Source: Nitrospirota bacterium
GTDB lineage: Bacteria; Nitrospirota; Thermodesulfovibrionia; Thermodesulfovibrionales; SM23-35
Assembly (NCBI GenBank): GCA_049323875.1
Contig: JBMOLW010000041.1
Location: 74,476 to 138,475, forward strand
Reading direction: 5' to 3'
Length of the DNA stretch: 64,000 nucleotides
Shown: one piece after another, positions 46,666-55,607 of the stretch
How the letters are laid out: the number at the start of each line of letters is the position of its first letter
Position numbering within the stretch: position 1 is the first letter of the stretch
Translations under genes and position numbers: made by a program
Notes under the pieces: model-generated
Database searches by the model: none
The model's input: the letters and a program-made list of their open reading frames with translations, nothing else
Told to the model about the DNA's origin: nothing

Positions 46666-47699
46666 CTGTCGCCCGGTCTCCTGAGCGCCAAACCGGCAGC
46701 AACCGCTGCGATCGGCGCCATTTCTTCAATATAGGTCACATCGAATTTTTTCGGTATCCTGATATTTTTGAACGCCTGCAAGACCTTCGTCTCGACCCCT
46801 ATCTTTTCCGCAAGAAGTCTGGGGAAATCCCTGATGAGACCGCATCCTCCGCTCAGGATCACTTCATTGATCTCCTCGTGGAAATATTCCAGGGAGCGGT
46901 TCACCTCACCGATTATCTCTTCAGAGGCAAGCTCCATGACAGACTGGGCATCCTGGGGGGATACGTTCTCAACAGGTTCTCCCCTTTTCAGCCTTTCTGC
47001 AACTTCGTAGGTAAGATTAAATTCCCTCTGGAGAACTTCGGTGTGGAGATTGCTGCCGACTGCGCTGTCTCTGGTAAAGACCGAGACTCCTCCCTTGAGG
47101 ATATTCATATTAATGGTGCTCGCGCCTATGTTGACGAGCGCAACATTCTTGCCGGGCTCGATTTCGTAATTCACTTCATAGATATTTTCGAGAGCGAACG
47201 AGTTGACATCCACGATGATACAGTTGAAGCCTGCTTCTTTAACCACCGTAAGATATTCATTGATGATATCTTTCTTTACCGCGACCAGGATAACATCCAT
47301 CTGGCCGGGTTCTTCCTTGGGCCCGAGTATCTGAAAGTCAAGGTTGACGTCTTCGATATCAAAAGGTATATATTGTTCTGCTTCGAATTTTATGGATTCT
47401 GCAAGTTCTTCTTCAGACATATCCGGGAGGGCGACTCTTTTGATGATGACAGAAGAATGACCAGCCATGCTGATGACAACATCCTTTGTCTTTATCCTGG
47501 CCTTCCGGGTGAGTTCTTTGAGCGAATCGACCAGCCTCAGGGAGTCTATTACCGAGCCGTCGACGATAAGTTCCGGGGGGAGCGGGAGGATATCGAAGAG
47601 CTCGAGTTCATATCCGCCCTTTGTATCCCTGAGCTGAACAACTTTCAGATATCCTGAGCCGATGTCCAGCCCGATAGTGCTTTTGCCACCAAGAAACAT
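46662..47699 (-). CDS. pilM: Type IV pilus assembly protein PilM
   Basis: 345 aa with an actin-like ATPase fold (IGLDIGSGYLKVVQL). Confidence 0.9.
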   Translation of the reverse strand: MFLGGKSTIGLDIGSGYLKVVQLRDTKGGYELELFDILPLPPELIVDGSVIDSLRLVDSLKELTRKARIKTKDVVISMAGHSSVIIKRVALPDMSEEELAESIKFEAEQYIPFDIEDVNLDFQILGPKEEPGQMDVILVAVKKDIINEYLTVVKEAGFNCIIVDVNSFALENIYEVNYEIEPGKNVALVNIGASTINMNILKGGVSVFTRDSAVGSNLHTEVLQREFNLTYEVAERLKRGEPVENVSPQDAQSVMELASEEIIGEVNRSLEYFHEEINEVILSGGCGLIRDFPRLLAEKIGVETKVLQAFKNIRIPKKFDVTYIEEMAPIAAVAAGLALRRPGDR

Positions 47700-47780
47700 G
47701 ACATATGAATAACAAAAAAAAAAGGTCTTGTCAAGCTTTTTTTATTTAATATCAGACAATTTCAATATAACACTGAGAAT

Positions 47781-48644
47781 TTAGTTTAACATTCTTTCTA
47801 TTTTTAACCATTTTTGCTCGATTCTGCCTATACCAAGGAGAACATTTTCAGGACTCTTTAGCCTTATATACGAATTGTCCGGGGGGAAATCCTGGCCGGC
47901 TTTGCGTGGAAGGCCCCTGCTCAGTTTTCCGAACTCTTCTTCAGTAAGCATGATTTCTGGCAGGTGGGATAATGCAAAGTCCATCGGGTAGCAGGTGCCG
48001 GCTCCGGCTGCCAGTTCGCTGAACGCCGTTGATTCCGTAACCCGGAACTTTCCGATGCAGGTCCTCTGCAATGCGGTCATATGGCCACCCGGGCCGAGAA
48101 CAGCACCAAGATCATTGCAGAGACTCCTCACATAGGTTCCTTTCGAACATGCTATCCGCAATTCAACAAAGGGAGGATCAAATTGGATGAGTTCAAGTTT
48201 ATGGACAGAGACAGTTCTCTCAGGACTCCTGATATCCGTTATACCCCTGCGTGCAAGCTTGTAAAGGCGCTCTCCCCCCACCTTGATTGCAGAATAGATG
48301 GGCGGCACCTGGAGTATCCTGCCGGTGAATTGTTCAAGGGCATGGAGAACATCTGGTTTCCGGATGAAACGGCAATCTTTTTTTTCGAGAACGGTCCCGG
48401 TCGAATCATAGGTATCGGTTTTTTCGCCGAGCTTCATGCGGACCTCGTATTCCTTATCGAGATCAGAGAGGAACCGGGTTATTTTGGTCGCCTTGTCCAG
48501 ACAGATGAGCAGCACCCCGGTTGCAAGCGGGTCCAGGGTGCCGGCGTGGCCTGCTTTCCTCACACCAAGGAGTTTTTTAACCCTGGTGACCGCCTGCTGC
48601 GAGGATATGTTTTCAGGCTTGTTCAGGTTTATTATGCAATTCAT
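47781..48644 (-). CDS. truB: tRNA pseudouridine(55) synthase
   Basis: 287 aa starting MNCIINLNKPENISS..AGHAGTLDPLATGVL. The ATG lies 2 nt after the encoded CCA of tRNA-Arg. Confidence 0.95.
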   Translation of the reverse strand: MNCIINLNKPENISSQQAVTRVKKLLGVRKAGHAGTLDPLATGVLLICLDKATKITRFLSDLDKEYEVRMKLGEKTDTYDSTGTVLEKKDCRFIRKPDVLHALEQFTGRILQVPPIYSAIKVGGERLYKLARRGITDIRSPERTVSVHKLELIQFDPPFVELRIACSKGTYVRSLCNDLGAVLGPGGHMTALQRTCIGKFRVTESTAFSELAAGAGTCYPMDFALSHLPEIMLTEEEFGKLSRGLPRKAGQDFPPDNSYIRLKSPENVLLGIGRIEQKWLKIERMLN

Positions 48645-48646
48645 AG

Positions 48647-48723
48647 TGGCGCGCCCAGGAGGATTTGAACCCCCGACCTGCGGATTCGTAGTCCGTCGCT
48701 CTATCCAGCTGAGCTATGGGCGC
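48647..48723 (-). tRNA. tRNA-Arg (anticodon ACG)
   Basis: Reverse complement gives GCGCCCA..anticodon loop CTACGAA..TTCAAATCC..TGGGCGC-G-CCA. Confidence 0.93.
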
Positions 48724-48741
48724 GGTTTTTATCCCGGAAAA

Positions 48742-49383
48742 TTATCCCTTCCTGACGCCTTCTTTCAGGGTTATGCCATATTTGGGATGTTCAAAAGGAT
48801 GTATTGAGGGCACCTTGGCAAACAACCAGCCCCACTGTCTTCCCGGAGCAGGGAATATCTGCTTGTTGTTCTCATATACTTTGATGCTGAGAGCCGGGTT
48901 ATTCGGCTGGTTCGATGACGAGGTGAGGGTAAGCCCGTCCATTCTGAAATCCGGAAGAAAATCTCCGACATGGATTTTCAGCGCTGAGTTCGGGACAACA
49001 AAATCACTGTTCAGCTTTACCGTGTATTCATGCTTCGTCTTCGAGACCTTGTCCTCTAATACTATCTTTGCCGACTCCCACTTGCCCTTCACGGAGACAG
49101 GGACAATAATCTGGGTTTTTCCCATCGGCATGGTGCCCGGCCTTGCCATCTGCTGCGACCCGGCAGGGGGCATCGTTCCCGGAGGCATTTGCCCTGACGG
49201 CACCGGTCCCGGTGTCATAGAACCGGGGGGTATTTGTTCCTGGGATATCGGGCCTGGAGGCATCTGTCCCGGCATCATCTGTCCCGGAGTCTGGGGGACC
49301 GGTGGTTGTTCTTCCTTCTTCTTACATGCCTGGAACAAAAAAAGCAATAAAAGGCACAGTATGAGTAATACACTCTTCTTCAT
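48742..49383 (-). CDS. Lipoprotein with Pro/Gly/Met-rich linker and DUF2155-like C-terminal domain
   Basis: Lipobox LFQAC and a low-complexity PGQMPPG linker. The C-terminal GWLFAKVPSIHPFEHPKYGITL resembles the DUF2155 signature (from memory). Confidence 0.55.
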   Translation of the reverse strand: MKKSVLLILCLLLLFLFQACKKKEEQPPVPQTPGQMMPGQMPPGPISQEQIPPGSMTPGPVPSGQMPPGTMPPAGSQQMARPGTMPMGKTQIIVPVSVKGKWESAKIVLEDKVSKTKHEYTVKLNSDFVVPNSALKIHVGDFLPDFRMDGLTLTSSSNQPNNPALSIKVYENNKQIFPAPGRQWGWLFAKVPSIHPFEHPKYGITLKEGVRKG

Positions 49384-49451
49384 TCTTCTCTCCTTTTTCG
49401 ATTGTCACTTTTCATTCTTTAACTCTTGACTGTTCACTGTTAACTCTGTAA

Positions 49452-49544
49452 TGGCGGAGAGGCAGGGATTCGAACCCTGGGTGGGGTTTTACCCCCACAA
49501 CCGCTTAGCAGGCGGCTGCCTTCGACCGGCTCGGCCACCTCTCC
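49452..49544 (-). tRNA. tRNA-Ser (anticodon GCU)
   Basis: Reverse complement gives GGAGAGG..anticodon loop CTGCTAA, a long variable arm, TTCGAATCC, CCTCTCC-G-CCA. Confidence 0.93.
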
Positions 49545-49579
49545 CGGACAGATTATTATACTAACAGCTTGAGACCTAT

Positions 49580-50425
49580 TCAGGCAATATCTCTATGGAC
49601 TACACTCAGCTCAACCGGATATTTCTTCAGATATGTCCTGAGCCTTTCAACAATTGCCGGTGAGCGGTGATTTCCCCCTGTGCAACCAATACCGATTGCG
49701 AGATAAACTCTTCCCTCCCTGATATAGTTCGGCACGAGGAAATCCAGCATGTCCTGTATCTTCTTCACATAGGTTTTCGCTACCCTTCCCCTGAAGACAT
49801 ACCCTGCCACTTTTTTATCAGTCCCTCTCAGGGGTTTCAGTTCAGGGACGAAGTTCGGATTGGGAAGGAACCTCGCATCAAAGAGCAGGTCAATATTCTG
49901 TGGTGCGCCGAATTTGAAACCGAATGAAATCAGCACCACGGTCAGTGCTGTTTTCCCTGTTTTCATGGCATAGAGGGAAGTAACAAGCTGTCTCAGCTGA
50001 TGGGGAGTATACGAGGAAGTATCGATTATCCGGTCGGCTGCATCTTTCAGGAGAGAGAGCCTTTCCCGCTCTTTTGCGATCGCCTCCTCGACACTTCCTC
50101 CAAGAGGATGGGGGCGGCGTGTTTCCTTGAATCTTCTCACCAGGACGTCCTTTTCAGCATCAAGGAACAGGACCTCTGTCCGGCGCTGCTTCCTGAGGAC
50201 TCTGAGGACGTCGCTGATTTCAGTCAGGAAACCTTTTTCCCGTATATCTATGCCGATGGCGATCTTTTCTATGTCTTTCTGGCGGATGACCGTAGTGACG
50301 AAAGACTCGATCAGGGTAACCGGAAGGTTGTCCACACAGTAGTATCCGCAGTCCTCAAGAGCGCGGAGCGCCACGGTCTTGCCTGACCCGGAAAGGCCTG
50401 TAAGTATGACGATGACCGGTTTCAA
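49580..50425 (-). CDS. rapZ: RNase adapter protein RapZ
   Basis: 281 aa with Walker A GLSGSGKT and C-terminal ..GCTGGNHRS. TTG start. Follows hpf. Confidence 0.92.
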   Translation of the reverse strand: MKPVIVILTGLSGSGKTVALRALEDCGYYCVDNLPVTLIESFVTTVIRQKDIEKIAIGIDIREKGFLTEISDVLRVLRKQRRTEVLFLDAEKDVLVRRFKETRRPHPLGGSVEEAIAKERERLSLLKDAADRIIDTSSYTPHQLRQLVTSLYAMKTGKTALTVVLISFGFKFGAPQNIDLLFDARFLPNPNFVPELKPLRGTDKKVAGYVFRGRVAKTYVKKIQDMLDFLVPNYIREGRVYLAIGIGCTGGNHRSPAIVERLRTYLKKYPVELSVVHRDIA

Positions 50426-50434
50426 GCCGGTCTT

Positions 50435-50959
50435 CTACCTGACCGGCTCGATGAGCCCGAAATTCCCGTCTCTTCTCCGGTAGATCACATTGATTTCACC
50501 ACTGTTGTCATTCGTGAACACGAAAAAATCCTTATCGAGGAGTTCCATCTGCATTGCAGCCTCGTCAGGGCTCATCGGCTTGAACTCGAACCGTTTATTT
50601 TTGATAATTGTTCCGTATTCACGAGGCGCCGCTGCCTCAGTAATCTTCGCCCCTGCCTTTCCTTCGGTCTTTCTGTGGGAAACCAGTTTCTCCTTGTACT
50701 TCTTAATCTGCCGTCCGAGTTTTTCCGCTACTTCATCAATGGACGAATACACATCACCGGTAATAGCCTCAGCCTGTATCAGCATTCCATTCACTTTCAG
50801 GAGGACTTCGGCCTTATGGCGGTATTTCTCGACCACCAGGGTGACATTCGCTTCGGAAATATTCGCAATATACCGGTCAAATCTTTTTACCTTCTTTTCC
50901 ACATAGGTCTTCAAAGCATCGGTGATGTCGAGGTGTCTTCCGGTAACAATGATATTCAT
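50435..50959 (-). CDS. hpf: Ribosome hibernation-promoting factor (long form)
   Basis: 174 aa with an S30AE N-domain (MNIIVTGRHLDITDALKTYVEKK) and a C-terminal dimerisation domain. Lies downstream of rpoN. Confidence 0.93.
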   Translation of the reverse strand: MNIIVTGRHLDITDALKTYVEKKVKRFDRYIANISEANVTLVVEKYRHKAEVLLKVNGMLIQAEAITGDVYSSIDEVAEKLGRQIKKYKEKLVSHRKTEGKAGAKITEAAAPREYGTIIKNKRFEFKPMSPDEAAMQMELLDKDFFVFTNDNSGEINVIYRRRDGNFGLIEPVR

Positions 50960-50974
50960 GTAATCCTCCTCCTT

Positions 50975-52417
50975 TTATTTGGTCGGTTTCCTTCTCTGCG
51001 CTTGCGACGGGATGCCCAGTTCCTCCCTGTATTTTGCCACAGTCCTTCTCGCAATTTCGATGCCATGCTGTTTCAGCATGTCGGCAATCTTCTGGTCGCT
51101 GAACGGTTTCTGCATGTCTTCTTCAGTCACGATCTTTCTGATCATATTCTTGACCGATGTGGACGAAATAGTCCCCAGGCCGCTGCTGAGAGCGCTGCTG
51201 AAGAGGAACCGGAAGCTCAGGATTCCGTGCTCACACGCGAGGTATTTATTCGAGGTAACCCTGCTCACCGTACTCTCGTGCAGATTCAGTGCGGAAGCAA
51301 CGTCTTTGAGCGTGAGGGGTTTCAGATATGCAACCCCATGGTCGAAGAACTCCCGCTGGAGGTCAAGAAGCGTCTCGGTCACCCGGTAAATCGTCCGGTT
51401 CCGCTGGTCAAGACTTTTCAGGAGTCCGACTGCAGCGCGCCATTTTTCAAGAAGAAAATTTTTCTCTTCCTTCGGGAAGTCGTTTTCCTGCTGAATCAGT
51501 TTCCGGTATACGCTGCTCACATTCAGCTTCGGAACTCCCTCATCATTGAGAATAATCTGATATCCTTCCGCTGTCTTGACCAGGTACACATCCGGTACGA
51601 TATAATGCGGAGCCGTACCGGAAAAATTGCGACCCGGTTTCGGTTCAAGACCTTCTATAATCCTGACCGCAGCCAGGATGTCATCAAGGGGAAGGCTGTA
51701 CTGTTGTGCCAGTACGGCATATTTCTTGTTCTCGAGTTCATCCATGTTGCTGAGGATAATCTGTTCGATGATCGTCCCGTGAAAACCCAGTGCAGATACC
51801 TGAATGAGGAGGCTTTCCTGAATATTCCGTGCGCCGACCCCCGGCGGATCGAATTCCTGTATCATCCTGAGGGCTTTATCCGCCGTCTCCCCGTCAGTCT
51901 CTGCGGCATCAATAATCTCCTCAAGTGAGGCAGCGAGATATCCGTTCTCATCGATATTCCCGATGATTATCTCTCCTACCTTCCTGATATCATCGGGAAT
52001 ATGGGAAAGACGCAATTGCCAGAGGAGATGACTCGCAAGGTCAGGTTCCTTGGTAAGAAACTGATCAAATGAAGGGGGGGTAACCGTCCCAGGGGTAAAA
52101 TACCCGAGGTCCCGGCCGTCAGAACTCCTCTCTTCAAAATATTCATCCACAGTGAGATTCATGAGTTTTTCGATCGGCGCCTCTGTATCCTCATACTCTT
52201 CTTCCTTTTCCGAAGCTTCCCGCTCTTCCGCGCTGAGTTCCTCCGGGGGAACCTCTTCGTTTGCCTCCTCAAGGAAAGGGTTCTCCAGCAGCTCCTGGTT
52301 GAGAAATTCGGAAAGCTCAAGATGGGGCAACTGGAGCAACTTTATCGCCTGCTGCAGCTGCGGCGTCAGGATGAGTTTCTGTGAGAGCCTGAGCTCAAGT
52401 CTGCTCTCGAGAGCCAT
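50975..52417 (-). CDS. rpoN: RNA polymerase sigma-54 factor
   Basis: 480 aa with a Gln/Leu-rich region I, an acidic region II, and the RpoN box ARRTVAKYRE. Confidence 0.97.
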   Translation of the reverse strand: MALESRLELRLSQKLILTPQLQQAIKLLQLPHLELSEFLNQELLENPFLEEANEEVPPEELSAEEREASEKEEEYEDTEAPIEKLMNLTVDEYFEERSSDGRDLGYFTPGTVTPPSFDQFLTKEPDLASHLLWQLRLSHIPDDIRKVGEIIIGNIDENGYLAASLEEIIDAAETDGETADKALRMIQEFDPPGVGARNIQESLLIQVSALGFHGTIIEQIILSNMDELENKKYAVLAQQYSLPLDDILAAVRIIEGLEPKPGRNFSGTAPHYIVPDVYLVKTAEGYQIILNDEGVPKLNVSSVYRKLIQQENDFPKEEKNFLLEKWRAAVGLLKSLDQRNRTIYRVTETLLDLQREFFDHGVAYLKPLTLKDVASALNLHESTVSRVTSNKYLACEHGILSFRFLFSSALSSGLGTISSTSVKNMIRKIVTEEDMQKPFSDQKIADMLKQHGIEIARRTVAKYREELGIPSQAQRRKPTK

Positions 52418-53139
52418 CAGAGCCTGAACTCCTCTCCGAGAAACACTTCCCTGACCCGGGGGTCTGAGACAAGGGTATCAGGGCTACCTTCACTGAGGAT
52501 TGACCCGTTGCTTATGATATACGCCCTGTCGGTAATAGAGAGGGTATCCCGGACATTATGATCCGTAATCAGAATTCCGAGTCCTTTATCCTTAAGGTAC
52601 CGCAACATCTTCTTCAGTTCGATGATTGCAATAGGGTCTATCCCTGCAAACGGTTCGTCGAACAGGAGGAAGCTGGGTTTTACCGCAATCGCCCGCGCTA
52701 TTTCCGTCTTCCTCCGCTCACCCCCGGAAAGTTTGTATCCCTCCTTGTCCGCGAGTTCGGTAAGATTGAATTCCCGCAATAACCGTTCGACTTCCTGCGC
52801 GATCTCGGCTTTCCCCAGGCCTCTGATCTCGAGTACAGCCCTCAGATTGTCCTCGACCGAGAGTTTCCTGAATATTGAAGGTTCCTGGGGGAGGTAACTG
52901 ATCCCCATGAGGGCCCGCCGGTACATCGGCGTTTGGCTAAGATCCTCGTTGTCGATCAGGATCTGACCGCTGTCGGGTCTTATAAGCCCGACTATCATAT
53001 AAAAGGTCGTCGTTTTCCCGGCCCCATTCGGACCAAGCAGTCCCACGATCTCCCCGTTGGTTACCGAGAGACTGAGATCCTGCACAACCTGCCTTTTGCC
53101 GTACTGTTTTGAAAGTCCTTTTGCTTCAAGGAGGTGCAC
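52417..53139 (-). CDS. lptB: LPS export ABC transporter ATP-binding protein
   Basis: 240 aa with Walker A GPNGAGKTT and signature LSGGERRK. GTG start. Confidence 0.95.
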   Translation of the reverse strand: MHLLEAKGLSKQYGKRQVVQDLSLSVTNGEIVGLLGPNGAGKTTTFYMIVGLIRPDSGQILIDNEDLSQTPMYRRALMGISYLPQEPSIFRKLSVEDNLRAVLEIRGLGKAEIAQEVERLLREFNLTELADKEGYKLSGGERRKTEIARAIAVKPSFLLFDEPFAGIDPIAIIELKKMLRYLKDKGLGILITDHNVRDTLSITDRAYIISNGSILSEGSPDTLVSDPRVREVFLGEEFRL

Positions 53140-53153
53140 TGCGTATCCCGTCC

Positions 53154-53642
53154 TTATTGTCCGCTGGAAGTGATAAAAACCTTGCTGCCTTCCACGATGA
53201 ACCGGCCCTCTTTCATCAGGTATGTCATTGCTGAGCCTGTGATCACACTTTCACCTTCCGTAGCCCTTGGCTCACCGGTAAAGAGAACCCTTTCCTCTCC
53301 GGAGAAATAGGTTGCTTCCCCGGCAGTTATCACCCGGTCCCCCTTCAGCACCCTGACGTTTCCCTGAGCATCAATCCGGGTAACATTGCCGGTTTGGCTG
53401 TCATACGCAACGCTCATCCGGTCTGCCCAGAGAGTCATGTCAGGGGTTCGGGCGACAACAGAATGTTCAAAAACAGCCGTATGGGTCTTGCTGTCTGCAG
53501 CAAGTTTCTGGGAAGTGATAACCACAGGGCCCTGAATTTTTTTTTCCTCTTCAGCAAAACCAGATGAGAAGAGCAGGAAGGCAAGGAGAAGGCCGGCGCC
53601 ACACGGCCAGAACTTACTGATGGAACGTCGCCTTGACATCAT
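53154..53642 (-). CDS. lptA: LPS transport periplasmic protein LptA (OstA-like)
   Basis: Signal peptide MMSRRRSISKFWPCGAGLLLAFLLFSSGFA followed by an OstA beta-jellyroll pattern. The track start 53798 lies inside lptC. Confidence 0.8.
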   Translation of the reverse strand: MMSRRRSISKFWPCGAGLLLAFLLFSSGFAEEEKKIQGPVVITSQKLAADSKTHTAVFEHSVVARTPDMTLWADRMSVAYDSQTGNVTRIDAQGNVRVLKGDRVITAGEATYFSGEERVLFTGEPRATEGESVITGSAMTYLMKEGRFIVEGSKVFITSSGQ

Positions 53643-54123
53643 TGAGAATGTTGACTTTCTGCTCGGAGTCTGCATGCATGCCGGTACCTTCAACGCTGAA
53701 TCCTTTCCCCTCCACCCTGATCTTTCCTCCGGTTGTGAGCTCTCCTGAAGAAACTTCATAATCGAGAGAATCCGCTGACAGGCTGAAATCTTTTCCAAAG
53801 GCTTTCACCGTCTCATCTGTTGAAAAGCTCTGATTCGAAAGGTCATATATTCCTGTATCTGCATGCAGCACCATGCCGTTTTCCTCTATGCGGAGCGCTA
53901 TATCGCTCAGTTCCGCCTTGTGCTCTCCTTCCCGGAAATCAGCCTTGCTTGCCGTGAGGGTCCATGTGGTGATCCCGTCCTTTTTCTGTACAATCCGGAT
54001 GTCTTCAAGGAAAGAATCCGCACTGGTCCGTATATCCCCGATCATGTCCCTCCCGTTCCTCAGCATGAAGAAAAGACTGCTGAAAAACAGGACAGAAAGC
54101 CCTATCAGGAAAACTTTCCTCAT
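53614..54123 (-). CDS. lptC: LPS export system protein LptC
   Basis: 169 aa with an N-terminal TM anchor. Positioned upstream of lptA-lptB. Confidence 0.8.
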   Translation of the reverse strand: MRKVFLIGLSVLFFSSLFFMLRNGRDMIGDIRTSADSFLEDIRIVQKKDGITTWTLTASKADFREGEHKAELSDIALRIEENGMVLHADTGIYDLSNQSFSTDETVKAFGKDFSLSADSLDYEVSSGELTTGGKIRVEGKGFSVEGTGMHADSEQKVNILNDVKATFHQ

Positions 54124-54224
54124 TCAAAATTCTATCACACAGGATGCCCTATGTAAACCCGTACTGAAAAAGCACGGGGAAAGATTTCCTTGAAAAAATA
54201 TTGCTGCCGTTCAATAATAGAGCC

Positions 54225-54545
54225 ATGATTTCATTTGACGATTTCAGGAAACTGGATATCAGAATCGGGAAAATTCTTGCTGCGGAAAAAGTGCAGGGCA
54301 CCGATAAACTGCTGAAGATCGAGATTGATGTCGGTACAGAAAAAAGACAGCTTGTCGCCGGGATTGCGGAGAGCTATGAACCTGATGCGCTTATCGGGAG
54401 AGAAATCCCGGTTCTCCTGAATCTTGAACCGCGGACCATCAGGGGAGTTGAAAGCCATGGCATGATACTGGCAGCGGTCATGGATGGGAAGGCGGTCCTC
54501 ATGCATCCTGACCGGGAAGTCCCTCCGGGAAGTATCATCAGATAA
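54225..54545 (+). CDS. csaA: tRNA-binding OB-fold protein (CsaA/EMAP family)
   Basis: MISFDDFRKLDIRIGKILAAEKVQGTDKLLKIEIDVG..VAGI..NLEPRTIRGVESHGMILAA. Confidence 0.85.
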   Translation: MISFDDFRKLDIRIGKILAAEKVQGTDKLLKIEIDVGTEKRQLVAGIAESYEPDALIGREIPVLLNLEPRTIRGVESHGMILAAVMDGKAVLMHPDREVPPGSIIR

Positions 54546-54591
54546 GCACCCCCTGCTTGTCTGACGGGACACAAATGCGGTAAGGTAGAAA

Positions 54592-55605
54592 ATGCCTCCC
54601 CGGAAGGAACAATTCAGCGGATGCCTCATCGGTCAGTGCCTCGGTGATGCTACGGGATTTGTTGTTGAAGGGTATTCCCCTGCTGCATGCCGGCGGTATG
54701 TCGATGATTTTCTCAAAACCGGCAGGGCAGAACAATTCGGAGGGCATTTTCCCTTCCCCTTCGGTCAGTATTCCGATGATTCCCAGCTCGCCCGTGAACT
54801 GATGCAGAGCTATGCTGCCTGCAGGAAATTCGATCCCGCCGATTATGCTGAACGGTTGAAGAAGATTTTCACCGAGCAGAGAATCGTTGCCTTCGGATAT
54901 TCAACAAAAGAATCGGTCAAAAGGTTATGCATGGGGACTCCATGGGAGGAGTCCGGAGCTTCGCCTCCTGCAGCGGGAAATGGAAGTGCCATGCGGGCAG
55001 CGCCTGTTGGTTTATTCTTTTTCGACAATCCGGAGATGCTTATTCAGGCTGCCCACGACCAGGGGAGGATTACCCACCGGGACCCAAGAAGCTCTGCGGG
55101 TGCAGTTGCAATCAGCGGGGCCGTCGCCCTGGCATTACCGGGAGAGTCACCCGATCCTGATCGCATCCTTTCACTGCTTGCCGACTGGACCGGGAAAGTA
55201 TCTGTCGCATTTGCCTCAGAGTTGAGGAAACTCCCAGGATGGCTTTCCCTCCCGCCTGAAGAAGCAGCGGCAGTCATTGCTGATGCAGGTTCAGATGCCG
55301 AGTATATTGATGATGACGAATGGAAAGGGATATCAGGATATGTCGTCAGCAGTGTGCTCTGGAGCCTCTATTCCTTCCTCAGGACGCCGGAAGACTACTG
55401 GGAAACTATCTGTACTGCCGTCTCCGCAGGCGGCGATACGGATACCACCGCGGCGATGGCAGGCGCGATCAGCGGCGCCTATCTGGGGATTGAGGGAATC
55501 CCTTCACCTCTGCTCAAACATCTTGCGGACAGGCAGACCTGGAGATATGACGAACTGGTCGAATTGGCACATCAGTGCTATGCAATAAAAATGCGGATAC
55601 GATAA
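54592..55605 (+). CDS. ADP-ribosylglycohydrolase family protein
   Basis: 337 aa with N-terminal GCLIGQCLGDATG and C-terminal GGDTDTTAAMAGAISGAYLG metal-site motifs. Confidence 0.88.
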   Translation: MPPRKEQFSGCLIGQCLGDATGFVVEGYSPAACRRYVDDFLKTGRAEQFGGHFPFPFGQYSDDSQLARELMQSYAACRKFDPADYAERLKKIFTEQRIVAFGYSTKESVKRLCMGTPWEESGASPPAAGNGSAMRAAPVGLFFFDNPEMLIQAAHDQGRITHRDPRSSAGAVAISGAVALALPGESPDPDRILSLLADWTGKVSVAFASELRKLPGWLSLPPEEAAAVIADAGSDAEYIDDDEWKGISGYVVSSVLWSLYSFLRTPEDYWETICTAVSAGGDTDTTAAMAGAISGAYLGIEGIPSPLLKHLADRQTWRYDELVELAHQCYAIKMRIR

Positions 55606-55607
55606 TT

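Noticed and set aside
47700-47745. TTGACA-17-TATTCA sigma-70-like promoter immediately upstream of pilM, implying a leaderless pilM
   Set aside because: The -10 hexamer is weak (3/6 matches) and would place the transcription start on or after the ATG. The TTGACA may also be part of the CTTGTCAAG palindrome. The evidence is too weak to list as a feature.
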